Assembly: GCF_006345805.1 (NCBI RefSeq)
Contig: NC_043008.1
Location: forward strand, 30,566,001-30,630,000
Direction: 5' to 3'
Origin: Octopus sinensis
Taxonomy: Eukaryota
Length of the DNA stretch: 64,000 nt
In this document: positions 1-16,184 of the stretch, piece after piece
How the letters are laid out: each line of letters opens with the position of its first letter
Numbering within the stretch: the first letter of the stretch is position 1
Made by a program: the position numbers and the translations under genes
The notes under the pieces: generated by a model
Seen by the model: the letters and a program-made list of their open reading frames with translations, nothing else
Databases searched by the model: none
What the model was told of the DNA's origin: nothing

Positions 1-331
1 TGAGGAATTTCATGTATTTCATTATACACGGCCTAAGTTTTTATTTTATACAAATCCCACTTCTTACGTTACACTACAAATTGGCAGTACAAATATTTTT
101 ATCGTGACTCTTCCTGACAAATATATTCTGTGTATTATGCTGTCTTCGTTTCGAAATTCTCAGAATTGCTTTTAGTTTCATTAACAATAATCCAAGCTTT
201 CAAACTTCGATGCTGCTAAGGAACCTTTTATTCACAAACCGTTCGTTGTTCGGATAATTTCAGAGAAAAAATATTCAGTCCCACAATTTCAAATCCCTTG
301 CCGCTTAGATGAATCGCATATTCGCAACGCC

Positions 332-429
332 CTTGTTAATTCAGATGTTTCCACAAACGGCAATCCCACATTTACAAGTCTCTTGTTGTTTAGATGTTCT
401 CACAAATAGCAATCCCACATTCCCAAATC
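332..429. repeat. Diverged ~49-bp tandem duplication (2 copies)
   Basis: cttgttaattcagatgtttccacaaacggcaatcccacatt is followed by cttgttgtttagatgttctcacaaatagcaatcccacatt. Confidence 0.75.
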
Positions 430-1000
430 AATTTTGGTTTGGATGATTTGACAACTAATAGAAAGTTTTGGGACACATACGGAAAAAAGTTCAAAATTAA
501 AACGGCCTACGGTTTACCTTACATTGCTCAACAGATGAATAATTAAGTACCATTAATTTATCCACTCCCTTGACATGATACGAGGAGACCTGAACTCTTC
601 CGCGTCCTACAGTTCAGAGTTGTTTTCATGTTATACATACATCTTTGTACCTCAGCTGTCGGTAAAATTTGACAATTCACCACATGGTAAGTCTTTTACA
701 ATACGACTATCCTCCAAGTGATGAGCAAACCGAGTTCATTAAATTCGTCCTGGTGAAAGAAAGTGCGTCTAAAGAAGAGAGAAGACAAGGGGTGGGGGTT
801 GCCAGCTTTGGTAGGTACTTCAGTATTGCAGATCTTGCAATATTTTGTGTACCAACCAACAGTAATATATTGTGCTCAATAAATGCGCTACATGTAACAT
901 CCTTCTATATGAATATTGGCCTTGTGCTTCGAGAACAGAAATCGATATTTAATATTTTCATAAAGCAGATTACTATCTCGGAAAATAACAACATCAATAA

Positions 1001-1002
1001 TA

Positions 1003-1052
<50 letters not shown>

Positions 1053-1056
1053 AATG

Positions 1057-1120
<64 letters not shown>

Positions 1121-1128
1121 TAATAATT
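1001..1128. repeat. Compound microsatellite (GAT)n-(AAT)n
   Basis: Seen directly; explains the poly-D/N, poly-M/I and poly-H/Y ORFs. Confidence 0.97.
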
Positions 1129-1269
1129 AAAACAAGTCCAAACAATATTTTTTTGCACAATACAATTTTGTTTGCCGATATCGCTTCTTTCCAATTTTTT
1201 ATTGTTTTTCATTTATCATAATCCGTAACTATGGGAACGTTACGCATTGTTTGTAGCATTTACAGTAAA

Positions 1270-4340
<3,071 letters not shown>

Positions 4341-4557
4341 TTTATGGAGATAAACAATAAAAGATTTAGATCATATTGTGTATGCAAACTAAATTAGATT
4401 TTGTAGATGTTTTTTGATAAATCACTTTTGATAGGAGGAAAAAGTATTTCTCATTTGATTATCATTCGTTTTCTCTGAAAAGAAATTAACAATAGCATAA
4501 GCAGACAATCAGACAAACAAACCCTTTTCTGTAATTGGTGGTCGGTTGATAAGCAAT

Positions 4558-4582
4558 TCATATACATACATATATATGTATA

Positions 4583-4637
<55 letters not shown>

Positions 4638-4663
4638 CATGCATACATACATGCATACATACA

Positions 4664-4696
<33 letters not shown>

Positions 4697-4829
4697 GTGT
4701 GTGTATGAATGTATGCATGTATATATATATTATATATAAAGTATTTGTTCACATAGGTACGTATGCATATATATATATGTATGTGTGTGCATGTGTGTGT
4801 AACACATAAATATACGCACATCTATGTAC

Positions 4830-4907
<78 letters not shown>

Positions 4908-4945
4908 TGTATATATATACATATATATCTGTATATGTATGTAAG
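4558..4945. repeat. Compound (TA)n/(CATA)n/(TG)n microsatellite
   Basis: Seen directly. Confidence 0.95.
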
Positions 4946-5493
4946 TACTATCTCCGTGAGCTTGTAAGTGTGTGCTTTTTGATATCTTTAAATATTTCAG
5001 TTCTTCATAATAAGAAGCTGTTTTCTAACTTAATAACAAATTTCTGTCGCCAAAATTTGGATAATAACAATGAGAAGTGTTAAAGTGAAACTTTAGAAAA
5101 TTCTTGCATATATTTACTCTTACGCTTACGGACAACGACTGTATGGATCAAGTTAATTTGACTACATATATTACTAAAAACATATAGGTTTTCCAGTGTG
5201 CCACATAAACATCTACGAATATTCCTAAATGCACCAATAACCAATGATATAAATCTGAATTTTAATCAGAGCAAATACTTTGCAGTATTCGTTCATAAAC
5301 AGTGTATTGTCATTGATTTTGTGTGAGAGTTACATTCATCAAGCTGTTGACCTCCATGTTGACTCTTGATTTTTGCTTTCTATCCCAAACAATTACCCCA
5401 GGCTTCTTATGTTTGCCCTCAATAGAAATTTAGATGAGAATGTTCCACCAGTAATGGGTATGCATACATATGTGTGATTATATGTATGCTTAC

Positions 5494-6072
5494 CCTTTTG
5501 TTTTTCTACGGTTTCCATGTCCATTGGCCCCTTACTAAATTTAAGGCTCTATGAACTTAAGTGAATGAGAAAATTATATTACCTATTGGGAAAAATTACA
5601 CTCATGTATCATTTGTTATTTTGCAATGTATCGCGATATCTTGTGGGCCCACAATTGTTATGATCATTACCGTTCTTTACTGAATGAGTCATCGGAGATT
5701 ATTGTGTGGCAAATTACACTCTCCGACACCATTCCCATCTGCAGTAAGATAAAACGAAGTGATTGCTTAGTCTTCTAGAATTAGTAGCCCATTACAGTAA
5801 CATAGAATATCCTCTTGAGTCTGTACTTAGTTGCACTGTGTCACAGAAAAAGACAAGATTGTCACAATAAGAATGCTTCTCCGATGATAGTTGTTCTGGG
5901 ACTTAATTATTAAAACAAACAATAATTTAATTATTGTAAATGAGTAAAATGAGTAAAAAGAGTAAAAATGAGAACATACCTCGTTACGCTTTCATTTTGT
6001 TATAGCGGGTGATGGTTTATTCGGAAAATAACATTTCACGTGATACCAAGACGGTAATAATCATAAATACCT
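5494..6072 (-). other. Three candidate spliced exons (6072-5980, 5738-5671, 5534-5494), product unknown or non-coding
   Basis: Acceptor/donor pairs tttcctttcag|..gag|gtatgt, ttatcttactgcag|..acg|gtaatg and tttag|..agg|gtaagc. The last two join in frame (MGMVSESVICHTIISDDSFSKERKGPMDMETVEKQK); the first has stops in all frames. Confidence 0.2.
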
Positions 6073-7059
6073 CTGAAAGGAAATAAATTGTTACAAACGT
6101 ATGCAGGTTGTGAAAAGTCGACCTAGCCATTAAAAGCTAACTCACTTTAAGTGTAAGTCCTAGAATGTAGAATGGAAAAACCTACAAGCGCCAGTCAGAT
6201 TATTTCAAAAGTCAGCCATCGGCACAGATGATGTTGACAGTTTCAGGAAGTTTGTGATGATGTATAATAGAGCATTATCAGGTAAGGAAATCAAAGGGGA
6301 ACACTGCTAGGTTCAATGTGATAAGGCACTCTCTGCAATTCAAAGTAAATACTGAGTACAACTGTCGAAAGGTATTGTTTTATTACCCAACAATACGTGT
6401 TCTCTTAGCACTGATCACTGATGAAGTCCTCTAGAAATTGAATTTAAAGTAGTGGGATAACCTATATTTTGTCCTATACTTTCTTTTCTTCACTTTCATC
6501 CGTTTGATGCACTAAAAATACTATCAAGTGACGTTGGTTTTACACAAACCAAGAAGTGAATAAAATGATGCACATATGGCTCATCACTGAACTGCAAAAC
6601 GTTTTGTTAGGACATTTAGAAATGCTTCAAAGAGAAAACGAAATGTGACTAGTTACCCATAGTGACTCGACATAAACAATTGTAATGATGTGAGCGTCAC
6701 ATATCTCCACAGGAAAAAAGAAAACTTACGAATTGATAACCCACTGTCGTAAAATTAAACATATTTATTCTCAAAATATAAGTTAACAAATCAGATAAAT
6801 TATAATGGTTTGGATTTCAAAGATTTCCGCTTTTGTCACAAGGTGAGAATTCTCGAAGTTAGGGTTTAACTTTGATCCAGTATTGTCTTGGTTCTTATAT
6901 CATCGGTACCTGGATTCTGACCATACAAGATGGCTCTACTTTCTCTACTTTGAAGATATATACATTTCTGCGTGTGCATGTGTGTGTGTGCGTGTGTATG
7001 TATGTAGGAATATGTGAAGTGAATTAGCTTAACACTTTTAACATTTGAATTTAAATGAA

Positions 7060-7235
7060 GGCTTAGTGGCAATCCGTCCGTCTTTACATTGTGAGTTGAA
7101 ATGCCGCCGAGGTCGACTTTGCATTTCATACCTTTCATGGTCAATAAAATAAGTAGCAGTTAAGTACTAGGGTCGATGTACGTGACTTACCCCTCTACCG
7201 AAATTGCAGGCCTTGTGCCAAAATTTGAAATCAAT
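7060..7235 (+). mobile_element. tRNA-derived SINE, family B (octopus OR-type, Meta-domain-like core)
   Basis: gaggtcgactttgcatttcatacctttcatggtcaataaaataagtag...gtgccaaaatttgaaa; the same core recurs many times in the window. Confidence 0.8.
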
Positions 7236-7394
7236 ACTTGAATTGAAATTCTCATGTTATGCATACATTATTACTTTAGTTCTGATGGATTTTCGAAATA
7301 CGTCCATATGTACACTTTTGGATACATATATATATACACACATAGATATCTAGTTAGATGTGTACGTATGTATACATACATGTGTGCGTGTGTG

Positions 7395-7445
<51 letters not shown>

Positions 7446-8199
7446 CATTTTTTTTTTAGAAAAATCATTGTTGAAATATAGTCGTAAATTTTTCAACAAA
7501 ATTTCACTGTTTGTTGGAAGCTTAATGACTTACAAAACCGCACGTGTGTGTTAAGAGTGAAAACTATTCTTGTGATCTCCGAGTTACAATAAACAGAAAT
7601 TAATTGCATCACAAAGACTTAAGTTGGATTATTCACTACTATGGTAGTTCAACGTATTCTTTTTTTATATGTAAATCATTGCATTAACTTATCACGTTGT
7701 TAGAGAATTAAAGAAGATATTATTTGATCTCTATGGATTAGATGAAAATTGAAAAATATAAATCTACATCAATATGTTTGAACTTTAAAGGTTTAAAACA
7801 TTTCTGTCATATTTCTATAAATGTGTATTTTATTAATGCAAAAGAAATCAATAAAACTTGCGCCTGGCATATCTCATAGAATAGAAAAGAGAGCAAACAC
7901 CATCCTCCATATATATATGTGTATGTGTTATATTCTATACACAAAGAAAAATATGTCTTGTATAGACAAAACAACTTAGATTTTTAGAGAAATGTGAGAT
8001 GAATTTGATATCTTTGACATTCATGATTTGCCCAAGGGCATTTATTTTTGTTTGTTCTTTGTCTCATAATTTTAAAGTACAACTGAACAGAAGCCGTATG
8101 ACAATGAAAGTAGCTATAATGCAAACGGTATCAAATTCTTTGCTTTTTATCACCATATCAAAATCCTCCCCAATATAATACCATCATTTTTTCAACATA

Positions 8200-8412
8200 T
8201 AGGCACAAAGCTAAAAGTTTGAGAGGAAGGGAGCAGTCGATTATATCGACCCCAAGTCAGATTTCTGTCAGCTTGTTACCTTCTCAGTTCAAATACCGTT
8301 ATTCATCCTTGCCTTTCATAATTTCAGGCTCGATAAAATGAGTACCAATCAATCGATGTAATCAACTTTCCCTCACCCTCAAAAACTAATGGCTCTGTGC
8401 AAAATTTGAAAC
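8200..8412. mobile_element. Two family-B SINE fragments in opposite orientation
   Basis: Antisense piece (ggcacaaag...gtcgattatatcgacccca) then sense piece (ttgcctttcataatttcaggctcgataaaatgagtacc...aaaatttgaaac). Confidence 0.65.
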
Positions 8413-8479
8413 AGCTATTATCGTTATTATAAGTCGAGCAACAGGATCGTTGGATATTCCACTTTAGATATTTACAGAG

Positions 8480-9000
8480 GATTAGTAACGGGAGAGTGCG
8501 ACGATGTCCCCGGGGAGTCCCTAAGAGTCAGCGAAAACGAACTGGCAAGTCTATTCCGTAGGAATTTCCGGTTGAGGACTGTTATGGATAATTTCCAGTT
8601 GTGCTGTCAGACGGGCTTGTCTGAGGTGCTCGCAGAGCGACGAACCCGTTCTGCATGCACTTATTTAGTATCCAGGCATTGCTGACTTGTGGAGTTATGT
8701 CGAACAGATGCTGTCGCGTTTAAGACAGATCCGTCTGTCGTCCGAGTCCATAATGATGATTGCCCCGCCGCCCTCTTTAATTGGGATGGCAAAGCAGTTT
8801 TCCTATGTTTGGGAGCTGTGGTGAAAGTGGTTATCTGGTGGACGAGGCTGAAGGGAACGAGGACAGAAACTTTCCTCTGTGGTAAAGAACTCATCGACTT
8901 TTTCAAGTTTTACTTGAAAAGGTAAGTGAAAGTGGAGAGGAAGGTGCTGTCCTCGAGCGAATTAAGTAAAAGGTGAGTGAAAGTTGCAAAAATAGCAAGA
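8480..9000 (-). mobile_element. Decayed Penelope-like element RT N-terminal fragment
   Basis: Minus-strand frames give IPIKEGGGAIIIMDSDD (cf. PLE IxIKPADKGGAIVIMD) and downstream IHN...PTE*TCQFV (cf. PKIHK...PTExISQFVD); stops and frameshifts. Confidence 0.5.
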
Positions 9001-10081
9001 GTGGATGGTACCACTCACAGTGTAGACCTGTGAGAAGAAAGAAGTTGGAGTGGGCTCTCGTCGTTGATACTCAGGGTGATCTTGGATTATTCCTTGATTA
9101 TGCCTAGAGGTCGTCTAAATTAGGGTGTTCCCCATTACGATGCTCCCCCACCTCTTTGTCTAGTGTCATGTATTATGTATACTTCCATTCTAATGTGTAC
9201 CGTGTATACTTTTTAATTTATGATTCTATTATATGTGAAACCCCACACTTTATGTCTGTATTGTATTGTCCCCTCATCTTTCGCCCTGGTTATTATGGTA
9301 CATTTAGCTAGAAGTGTATAGATTTGTGAGGGTGAGACAAACGACTTGAGTAAAGGTGACCGACGCAATACAATTAAATATGGGGACGAGTTAAAGAGTT
9401 TTCTTCGTCTTTGTAAGATATTAAGTGATCTGCAACTGTCTTAAATTTCCCTTCAAAGTACAGGAATTTTTTTTTTCTTTTTCTTCTTTGTAACAAAAAG
9501 GATTTGCTTCTTTCTTTCCCAATTTTGACTGTATTCTTCGTGCGAAGAGATTTAGTCTCCTTGAACACAATTCTGCCACCAGCCCCATTCAGAATGCGTA
9601 TATTTCAAGTTCAAGATGTCCTCTGGAAGCAACTCAGCCAAAACTAATTTCACGGGGGTATTATTTGCCCTAAACATTTGCTCTTGTGTCATTTTTCATG
9701 TGCTTGCGGTTGTTCTCATTATCTGCTGCCGAGCAAGGTCTCAGAATAAATAATATTTTTGTTCATGACCATAAACAATTTTCAAGTTCTAAAATTTATT
9801 ACTCTGCTGTCAAAAAAGTGCTTCTTTCTTTTAGATTTCGTATGTGTTTGCTCGATTAAACAACAACTTTGCAATGAATTCGAACCAATTCAAGGTCCAC
9901 AATATCAAAGAATAGAAAAGAACAAACTAATCTTGCTTTGCAAAATAACTTTACATGACGCAAACCCTTTTAACGACTGAAAAATCCTTGGAGGATGTAA
10001 TAATCCAAAAGGTGGGAGAGAATGTCAATGTAATAGCTTCGTTCTCATTGAAATCCAAAATACTAATAATGGCTTCAACTT

Positions 10082-10270
10082 TTAGCATAATGATAGCAGT
10101 TTCGGAGGAGGGGGTGAATCGATTACATTGACCTCAGTATGTGACTGCTGCTTGTTTAATTGATAGGATGAGAGGCAAAAACGATACCAATGGCATTTGA
10201 ACTCAGAACGTAAAGCCGCAGAAATACCACTAAGCATTTTGCCTACCATACTAACGATTATGCCGCTTTG
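10082..10270 (-). mobile_element. Family-B tRNA-derived SINE
   Basis: tttgaactcagaacgtaaag...gaaataccactaagcattttgcc...ctaacgattatgcc is the antisense of the family-B head with its B box. Confidence 0.8.
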
Positions 10271-10274
10271 CCAT

Positions 10275-10311
<37 letters not shown>

Positions 10312-10329
10312 GTAGTAGTATTAGTAGTC

Positions 10330-10361
<32 letters not shown>

Positions 10362-10479
10362 GGTGGTGTGGTGGTGGTGGTGGTGGTGGTGGTGTGGTGG
10401 TGGTGGTGGTAGTAGTAATAATAATAATAACAATAATAATAACAATAATAATAATAATAACAATAATAACAATAATAAC

Positions 10480-10542
<63 letters not shown>
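10275..10542. repeat. Compound (AAT)n/(TAG)n/(GGT)n/(AAT)n microsatellite
   Basis: Seen directly. Confidence 0.95.
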
Positions 10543-10543
<1 letters not shown>

Positions 10544-10730
10544 GCATCGAAAATACCTTAGGAATGAGAACCCAGGTTCGAAATTTCCCCAAGACACCTG
10601 ATGAAGTCTGGAGGGTGTACCAGCCGAAATGTTGTGTTAATAACAAACAAGATGAGGACAAATATCCATCAAATGTAAATAATATAAACAATGTGCATAA
10701 TTCCTCAGCTCTTAAATATAGAACTGTATG
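10543..10730 (+). mobile_element. Penelope-like terminal repeat (pLTR) fragment carrying a hammerhead motif
   Basis: Contains the minimal hammerhead at 10593-10638; abuts the (AAT)n tract. Confidence 0.6.
10593..10638 (+). ncRNA. Minimal type I hammerhead ribozyme motif (PLE-type, slightly decayed)
   Basis: gacac-CUGAUGA-a-gucugg[agggugua]ccagcc-GAAA-u-GUU-guguu; stem I gacac/guguu, stem II 5 of 6 bp, loopless stem III consistent with AACGUU plus one CpG-type C>T. Confidence 0.65.
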
Positions 10731-10820
10731 ATACCCATGTGTTGAAAGGAATTCTTTGGATAATTCACCTCTGGAAACATGAATGTTTCGTTCAACATCC
10801 TTAAACAACCCTTATTCAGC

Positions 10821-11432
10821 GACCTTTTGCGCGGGATAGACAACTTGACTTGAAGAAAATTATAACTGAGCCCCAACTGGAAGGTTATGCATTGTTTATC
10901 TTGATATGAAATCACCATGTGGCGGCGTGCATATGGTTGTGATGCATGTGCCTGGTGTACCCTTATCAGACGGGTGTTCGTGATGGGTATATTGGGTTTC
11001 GTATATTTGTACCCCAGCGTCACTTTGATGACATGTGCTGTATTATTACCAATATTGACTATAATAACGAAACGCCCATGTTTCCGAAGGTGAATTATTC
11101 AAATTCTAAAGAATTTCACTCGATACATAGCTATGATGCCCTCACTTACTACTTATTCTTGTAATCTTATTCTTATTTACTACTTATTCTTGTAATCCTC
11201 AGCCACCAGGACAAATCATGTATATGATAACACTTCTAATCAGTTAAGATCCGAAGCCATGAGAGCCAATGACTTGTAATGCATACGGACCTCTTGAGCG
11301 GGATGGTCTACTTGACCTAAAGAAAATTCTATCTGAGCAGCAAGTTCGTGCGCTGTTTATCATGATATGAGATCACCAAGTCGCCTACATGTGGTTCTGA
11401 TGCATGTGTCTCATGTAACCTTATTAGACAAG
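10821..11432 (+). repeat. Two diverged tandem copies of a dispersed repeat, probably a retroelement 3' region (10821-10975, 11288-11432)
   Basis: gaccttttgcgcgggatagacaacttgacttgaagaaaatt...gatgcatgtgcctggtgtacccttatcagac vs gacctcttgagcgggatggtctacttgacctaaagaaaatt...gatgcatgtgtctcatgtaaccttattagac. Confidence 0.7.
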
Positions 11433-11617
11433 TAATTTAAGTATGATGTGTATATTGGAAAAGGGAAATCTTATGAATGAATATTTAAGAATTTTCCTTT
11501 GTAAAATAAAACATATTTACCCACTATATTTAAGATAACATGTCAGATAACAATCGGGTATGTTAAAATATTATATAAATAAAACAAAGTATAACTATGA
11601 AATTATATAAAACCCAA

Positions 11618-11735
<118 letters not shown>

Positions 11736-13685
11736 TTTAACATGAAAAAAGCGAGGATATCTCATCCATCATTAAAGAAAACTCACCATCGAAACTAGGC
11801 GAAATATGCCGCAACTTTCGCTTTCTGCCACAAATAGAAACTGCAGCAACTGAAAGCACCTTTGAACAACTCTGATGTCAAACTGGGCAAGAATTATTAC
11901 ATAATCTCTACAAAGTTGTAGCATGATTGAACATAGGTTTGTTGAGAGCTATTCATTAGCAGTTTATCATTTGAATAGTCCACAAAATAATTTTCAATCC
12001 TCCTAAAACCTTAGTCAGCACATAGCTATGCTTCAACTTCCTCGATTAATTTAGTTTTATCAATAAAGAATTGTGGCTCTTAATTCAAATCTTAATTCTT
12101 ATTTTTTTGTTTGTCTTTTCTCTGTCTCTCTTTTGCTACTGCTCTGATAGAAATTTGGGGCTCCCAAAGGTGCCTATCATAAGTCAGTGCTACCTCCTCT
12201 GGCACATTGTGTTTTATGAGACAGCCACTAGACAAAAAGATAAGCTTAACTACCTTACATTACAAACGAAAGTGGTAAAGCGTTCTTTATGATGGACTCG
12301 GCCGACGATCGATAACAAACAATAACATGAACGGCACAAATCAATTCTCTTCGGAATCTGAAAGAGAGCATGTAGAACAGGTTCATGGATTTGAGCGGTT
12401 AAACAGGATAAACTAAGTTAATGACCTGTATAGTTTATGTCGGAACTTGTAACTTCATCTGTCGCACTGTTATTTCAATATTTCCTAGAAGTTGGCCTAA
12501 CCCCGAGCCTAAAACAAACTATTCGAAATTTCATTATCGATGTTGAAAATCGTTCCCAGGCCACTGAGGCTTAAACCCCTCACTAACCCTTGAGTTGGGC
12601 GGTTCACAGTCAATATTACCCATCAGGTAAAGGGAAATGCACGCTTTGCATCATACTAGATGTTATAGACTCAACCGCAAACTGCGCTCAACTACGATCT
12701 GCAGCTCATACAAAGAGACGAACAACTGAAAAATTATCTCGTTGGCTTGTTAAAGGTGAGGTAAATTAATAAACTTAAACAGAAAGTTAACAAAGCATTT
12801 TTAATCAATTTCTATGACAGATTTCATCGCAAATTTGGCTTTAGCTATAACCCACACCTATACGCTTCTATAAATTGTGACCTCTGGATCTGTCAGTTTT
12901 ATCATGCTAATTAATGTCTAATTTTTGTAAATCATAAAGGAATAAATCTTAACTTGAGAGGAACATTAGGTTTTATGAGTTTTAAATGCTTTGGTTTTAA
13001 CAAAGGTTTTGAGGAAATTTTCCAATATGTACTACATCATACAAAATGAAAACTAAACAGGCATTTAGACACGAGCAAAAGCATTGATGTTAATTAGATT
13101 GTCTGTATGTCATTTAGTTTGAATATAGCCAACACCGGGAATGATAATGGAATAATGAATAACAAAGGTATTCAGAGTTGCTTAACATAAGAGATACTTG
13201 CTATAATAAAGTTCAGATGTATGGTAAACGCAAAAGTATACTCGACTCAAAGTGAACATTAAAAATACTAATAAAATTACACATTGCACTTAATTACTAT
13301 GAACAGGAAAACTTACCTTTCAATGCAGACAACAGCCGATACATTATGTATGACAATACCTGAAATTGTTCTTATTTGACTTTGTATTAGCAGGGTTATG
13401 AAGAATAATAGAAATAATAAGACGTAGGAGAAAATTATAAGTTACTGAATCAACAACAAAGGTTGTTCACTCATCGCCGTCGCTGAGATTGCTATTGGTT
13501 AGATATAGGTTAACCCTGATAGATTGGAAATATGATCGAAGATAGTTTACCAAAGAATGCAATATCCAATAGGTATCGTTTTTGTTATACAATTGTAGTA
13601 TGTCATAATGTGACTTTGAATATATTTAATACATATTTCTAGCAGGTCTGGTGGTGATGAGGATGATGCTCTCTCATTGTCTCTG

Positions 13686-13749
13686 AATTTTGTAATCATA
13701 CAATAAATGTTTCTAATTTTTGTAATCATACAACAAATGTTTCCAATTT
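13686..13749. repeat. 30-bp tandem duplication
   Basis: ttttgtaatcatacaataaatgtttctaat followed by ttttgtaatcatacaacaaatgtttccaat. Confidence 0.85.
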
Positions 13750-13880
13750 AAGCACAAGTCCAGCCTTTTTGTGTGGAGATGGATTACACATTATCATTTG
13801 TCATAGTACTTAACTAGTAGTTTGTTTTATCTACCATGGAGATATGAAAAGCAAAGTCGACATCAAGGCTTTAAGGCTTG
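13745..13880 (-). mobile_element. Degenerate family-B SINE
   Basis: ttccaatttaagcacaagtccagc...atgaaaagcaaagtcgacatc is antisense of the family-B core. Confidence 0.6.
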
Positions 13881-16151
13881 AAGAAATGCAACAATGCATT
13901 TTGTTCGACGCTTAAACTATTCAGTCTCTCAGTGCCCTAAAAAGTATATCACATAGAACTTATATGATATTTAACAAATCAACACGTGCATACTTAATTA
14001 TATTTCTCCAGCATTTTCATTATATTTTGTAACCAACCTTTGAAATTCGCTACATTTGCTACCCTGACTTATGGAATTAACTCATAGATATACTCTCATT
14101 TGCCCCTCTTAACTATCACTTACCTTCAGCTATTAACTTCATTCTGATATTTTGTCCTCTTTAGCGAGAATATCCAAGATTGTAATATGATTAAGTAGGC
14201 ATATGGATTACAACGGGGAGCATTTAAATTTAAGACATTGTTTTCTGTGATGTCGCAAAAGACTTAAAATCAAAGTCATAAAATCACTGAATCAAAAGAC
14301 TGGGCAATACGGGCTATGTGATGGTTGGAATTGTAAGGGTCGGATAAACATGACTAGTGGTATTTATTTGTAAGCGTTTGCTAAAATCTATCCTCATCAG
14401 ACGCCGTTGCTTCTGGGCCTTCCAGGATCGACAGAAAAAAATTAGCGTAATCAACTAATACTTCTGTCTCCACGGTTTGAAATCCCAAGACAATCGTTTT
14501 TATGGTTGCTTGGTATGTAAGGATAGACAATGTTATTAGCCCAGCTACAGTATCCCGGCGAAGATAAATCCAAGTATTATTACATTTCAATGACGTAGTT
14601 ATGTAACAGTGACACATAAATCATATATTTATGATGATATGAGACATTCCCAAGTAGATAGGTTTCTCTTTTTGCTTGTCTTATTTGTATTTACTGACAT
14701 TGCTCAAATTGAAAGTTTGAGTCCTAAAAGTTACCTGACACAAGCCATTGCAATTTCTTCCAACACGTTGTCCCATTGCAATAGCACAGGGTAAAAGAAA
14801 CTTACCGAAGAACAATTTGTCACTTGATACAAAATGTATACGGCTTTTGAAGATTAGAGATTAGAAATGTTTACGTGAATACATTTAATGATTGTGTCAG
14901 AGCTTGGTTTAAGCAGTCACCTAGTAATATATAATTACTTGAAATCTTCAAATAATATCCCTATTCTACATAAATATATTTCAGATAGTAACACATTGCA
15001 TATATATATTCAGTTGAATGGCTTTAAATAACAACTTACTTGGCATCAGTCACTCTCTGTCACCTTAAGTAATAGATTACACATTCGATCACTAGATAAC
15101 ATAAATGTTAGACATACTTCGTCTCAAAACCAACGGAGTAATCACATCTGGAACGCATTTGAACGAATTTCCTCTCGATGCGGAATAATCAGGAATATAG
15201 CAAAACCAATCTGATATATTGGAGGAGCTAAGAGCATTCCAATAATAAAATTTCTAATCTTTGAGTAAAATGTTATGAATTAATGACAAAAGGAAACATT
15301 TAAAAACGCACAGTTAGAAAAATAATAACATTCTGACAATTGCCAACGGCTTAGTGAAGCCAATACTGGTGAACATTTGCAGTATATATTTTTGTATAAT
15401 TTAAACAAACAAGGGATGCCTTATAAATACTAGTTCATTATAGCACACAATTAAACAGAACTCTTGTAAATAAAGAAAATAGACATTAAGTCTACTGAAA
15501 ATGATTTCATTGATTTTCAAAGAAGTGTTGGAATTAGAAATAAGAGACGTAGAGAATAGTAAGATAATATATGCAGAGACAGCACATTAGAGACAAAACG
15601 TCATGTCGGTGGTGTCAGTGTGTGACAGATAAAGGATATTTAAGTGTGATCGTATGAGAAAGAGAGAGAAGTGTAAGTGTGAGTTAGTCTATGAGCGCAA
15701 GCTAAAGTGTGAGGGAATAATTGAGAGTTTAAGGAAATGTGATGCTTAATTAATGTGTGAAAAAATGAGAGAAAGTATATGATATGAATGCTGATATGTT
15801 ATAGATTCATGCAAATATTTCTTGTCAGGTGCTTTATATTAGTCTCACAACAACAAGAGACTCAAAACAAATCCTTGTTTGTCAGAAGGTCATCTACTGA
15901 TTCATAGACCTTACCATGTACTTATACCACTCTGTATCTTTGCTAGTTAGAAAGGTATCAATATAATGTCACTTGTAGATTCTATAAGCGACAGTTTGTC
16001 TTCTAAAATTAAATTGAACGAGAAAATTTTCTGCATATACTGTATAAATTATGGGTAAGAAATGTTTGCACGCGTATACGTGTGCATGCGTACATATGTA
16101 TGTGGGTGTATACTATGTGTTGTCATATGTGTGTGTGTGTGTGCGTGTGTG

Positions 16152-16184
<33 letters not shown>

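Noticed and set aside
656-687. Plus-strand mini-exon candidate (LSVKFDNSPH); a similar one at 6247-6281
   Set aside because: Good splice sites but isolated, not phase-compatible with each other, and no recognisable product
6418-6445. CTGATGA followed by gtcc, hammerhead-like start
   Set aside because: No ggac-GAAAC or GTH half, so it cannot be folded into a core
14609-14794. ORF resembling a signal peptide (FLFLLVLFVFT)
   Set aside because: The hydrophobic run comes from a T-rich tract; weak donor; no supporting exons
15915-16002. Minus-strand exon candidate with an in-frame TGA (possible selenocysteine)
   Set aside because: No SECIS or selenoprotein motif seen; all three frames are closed
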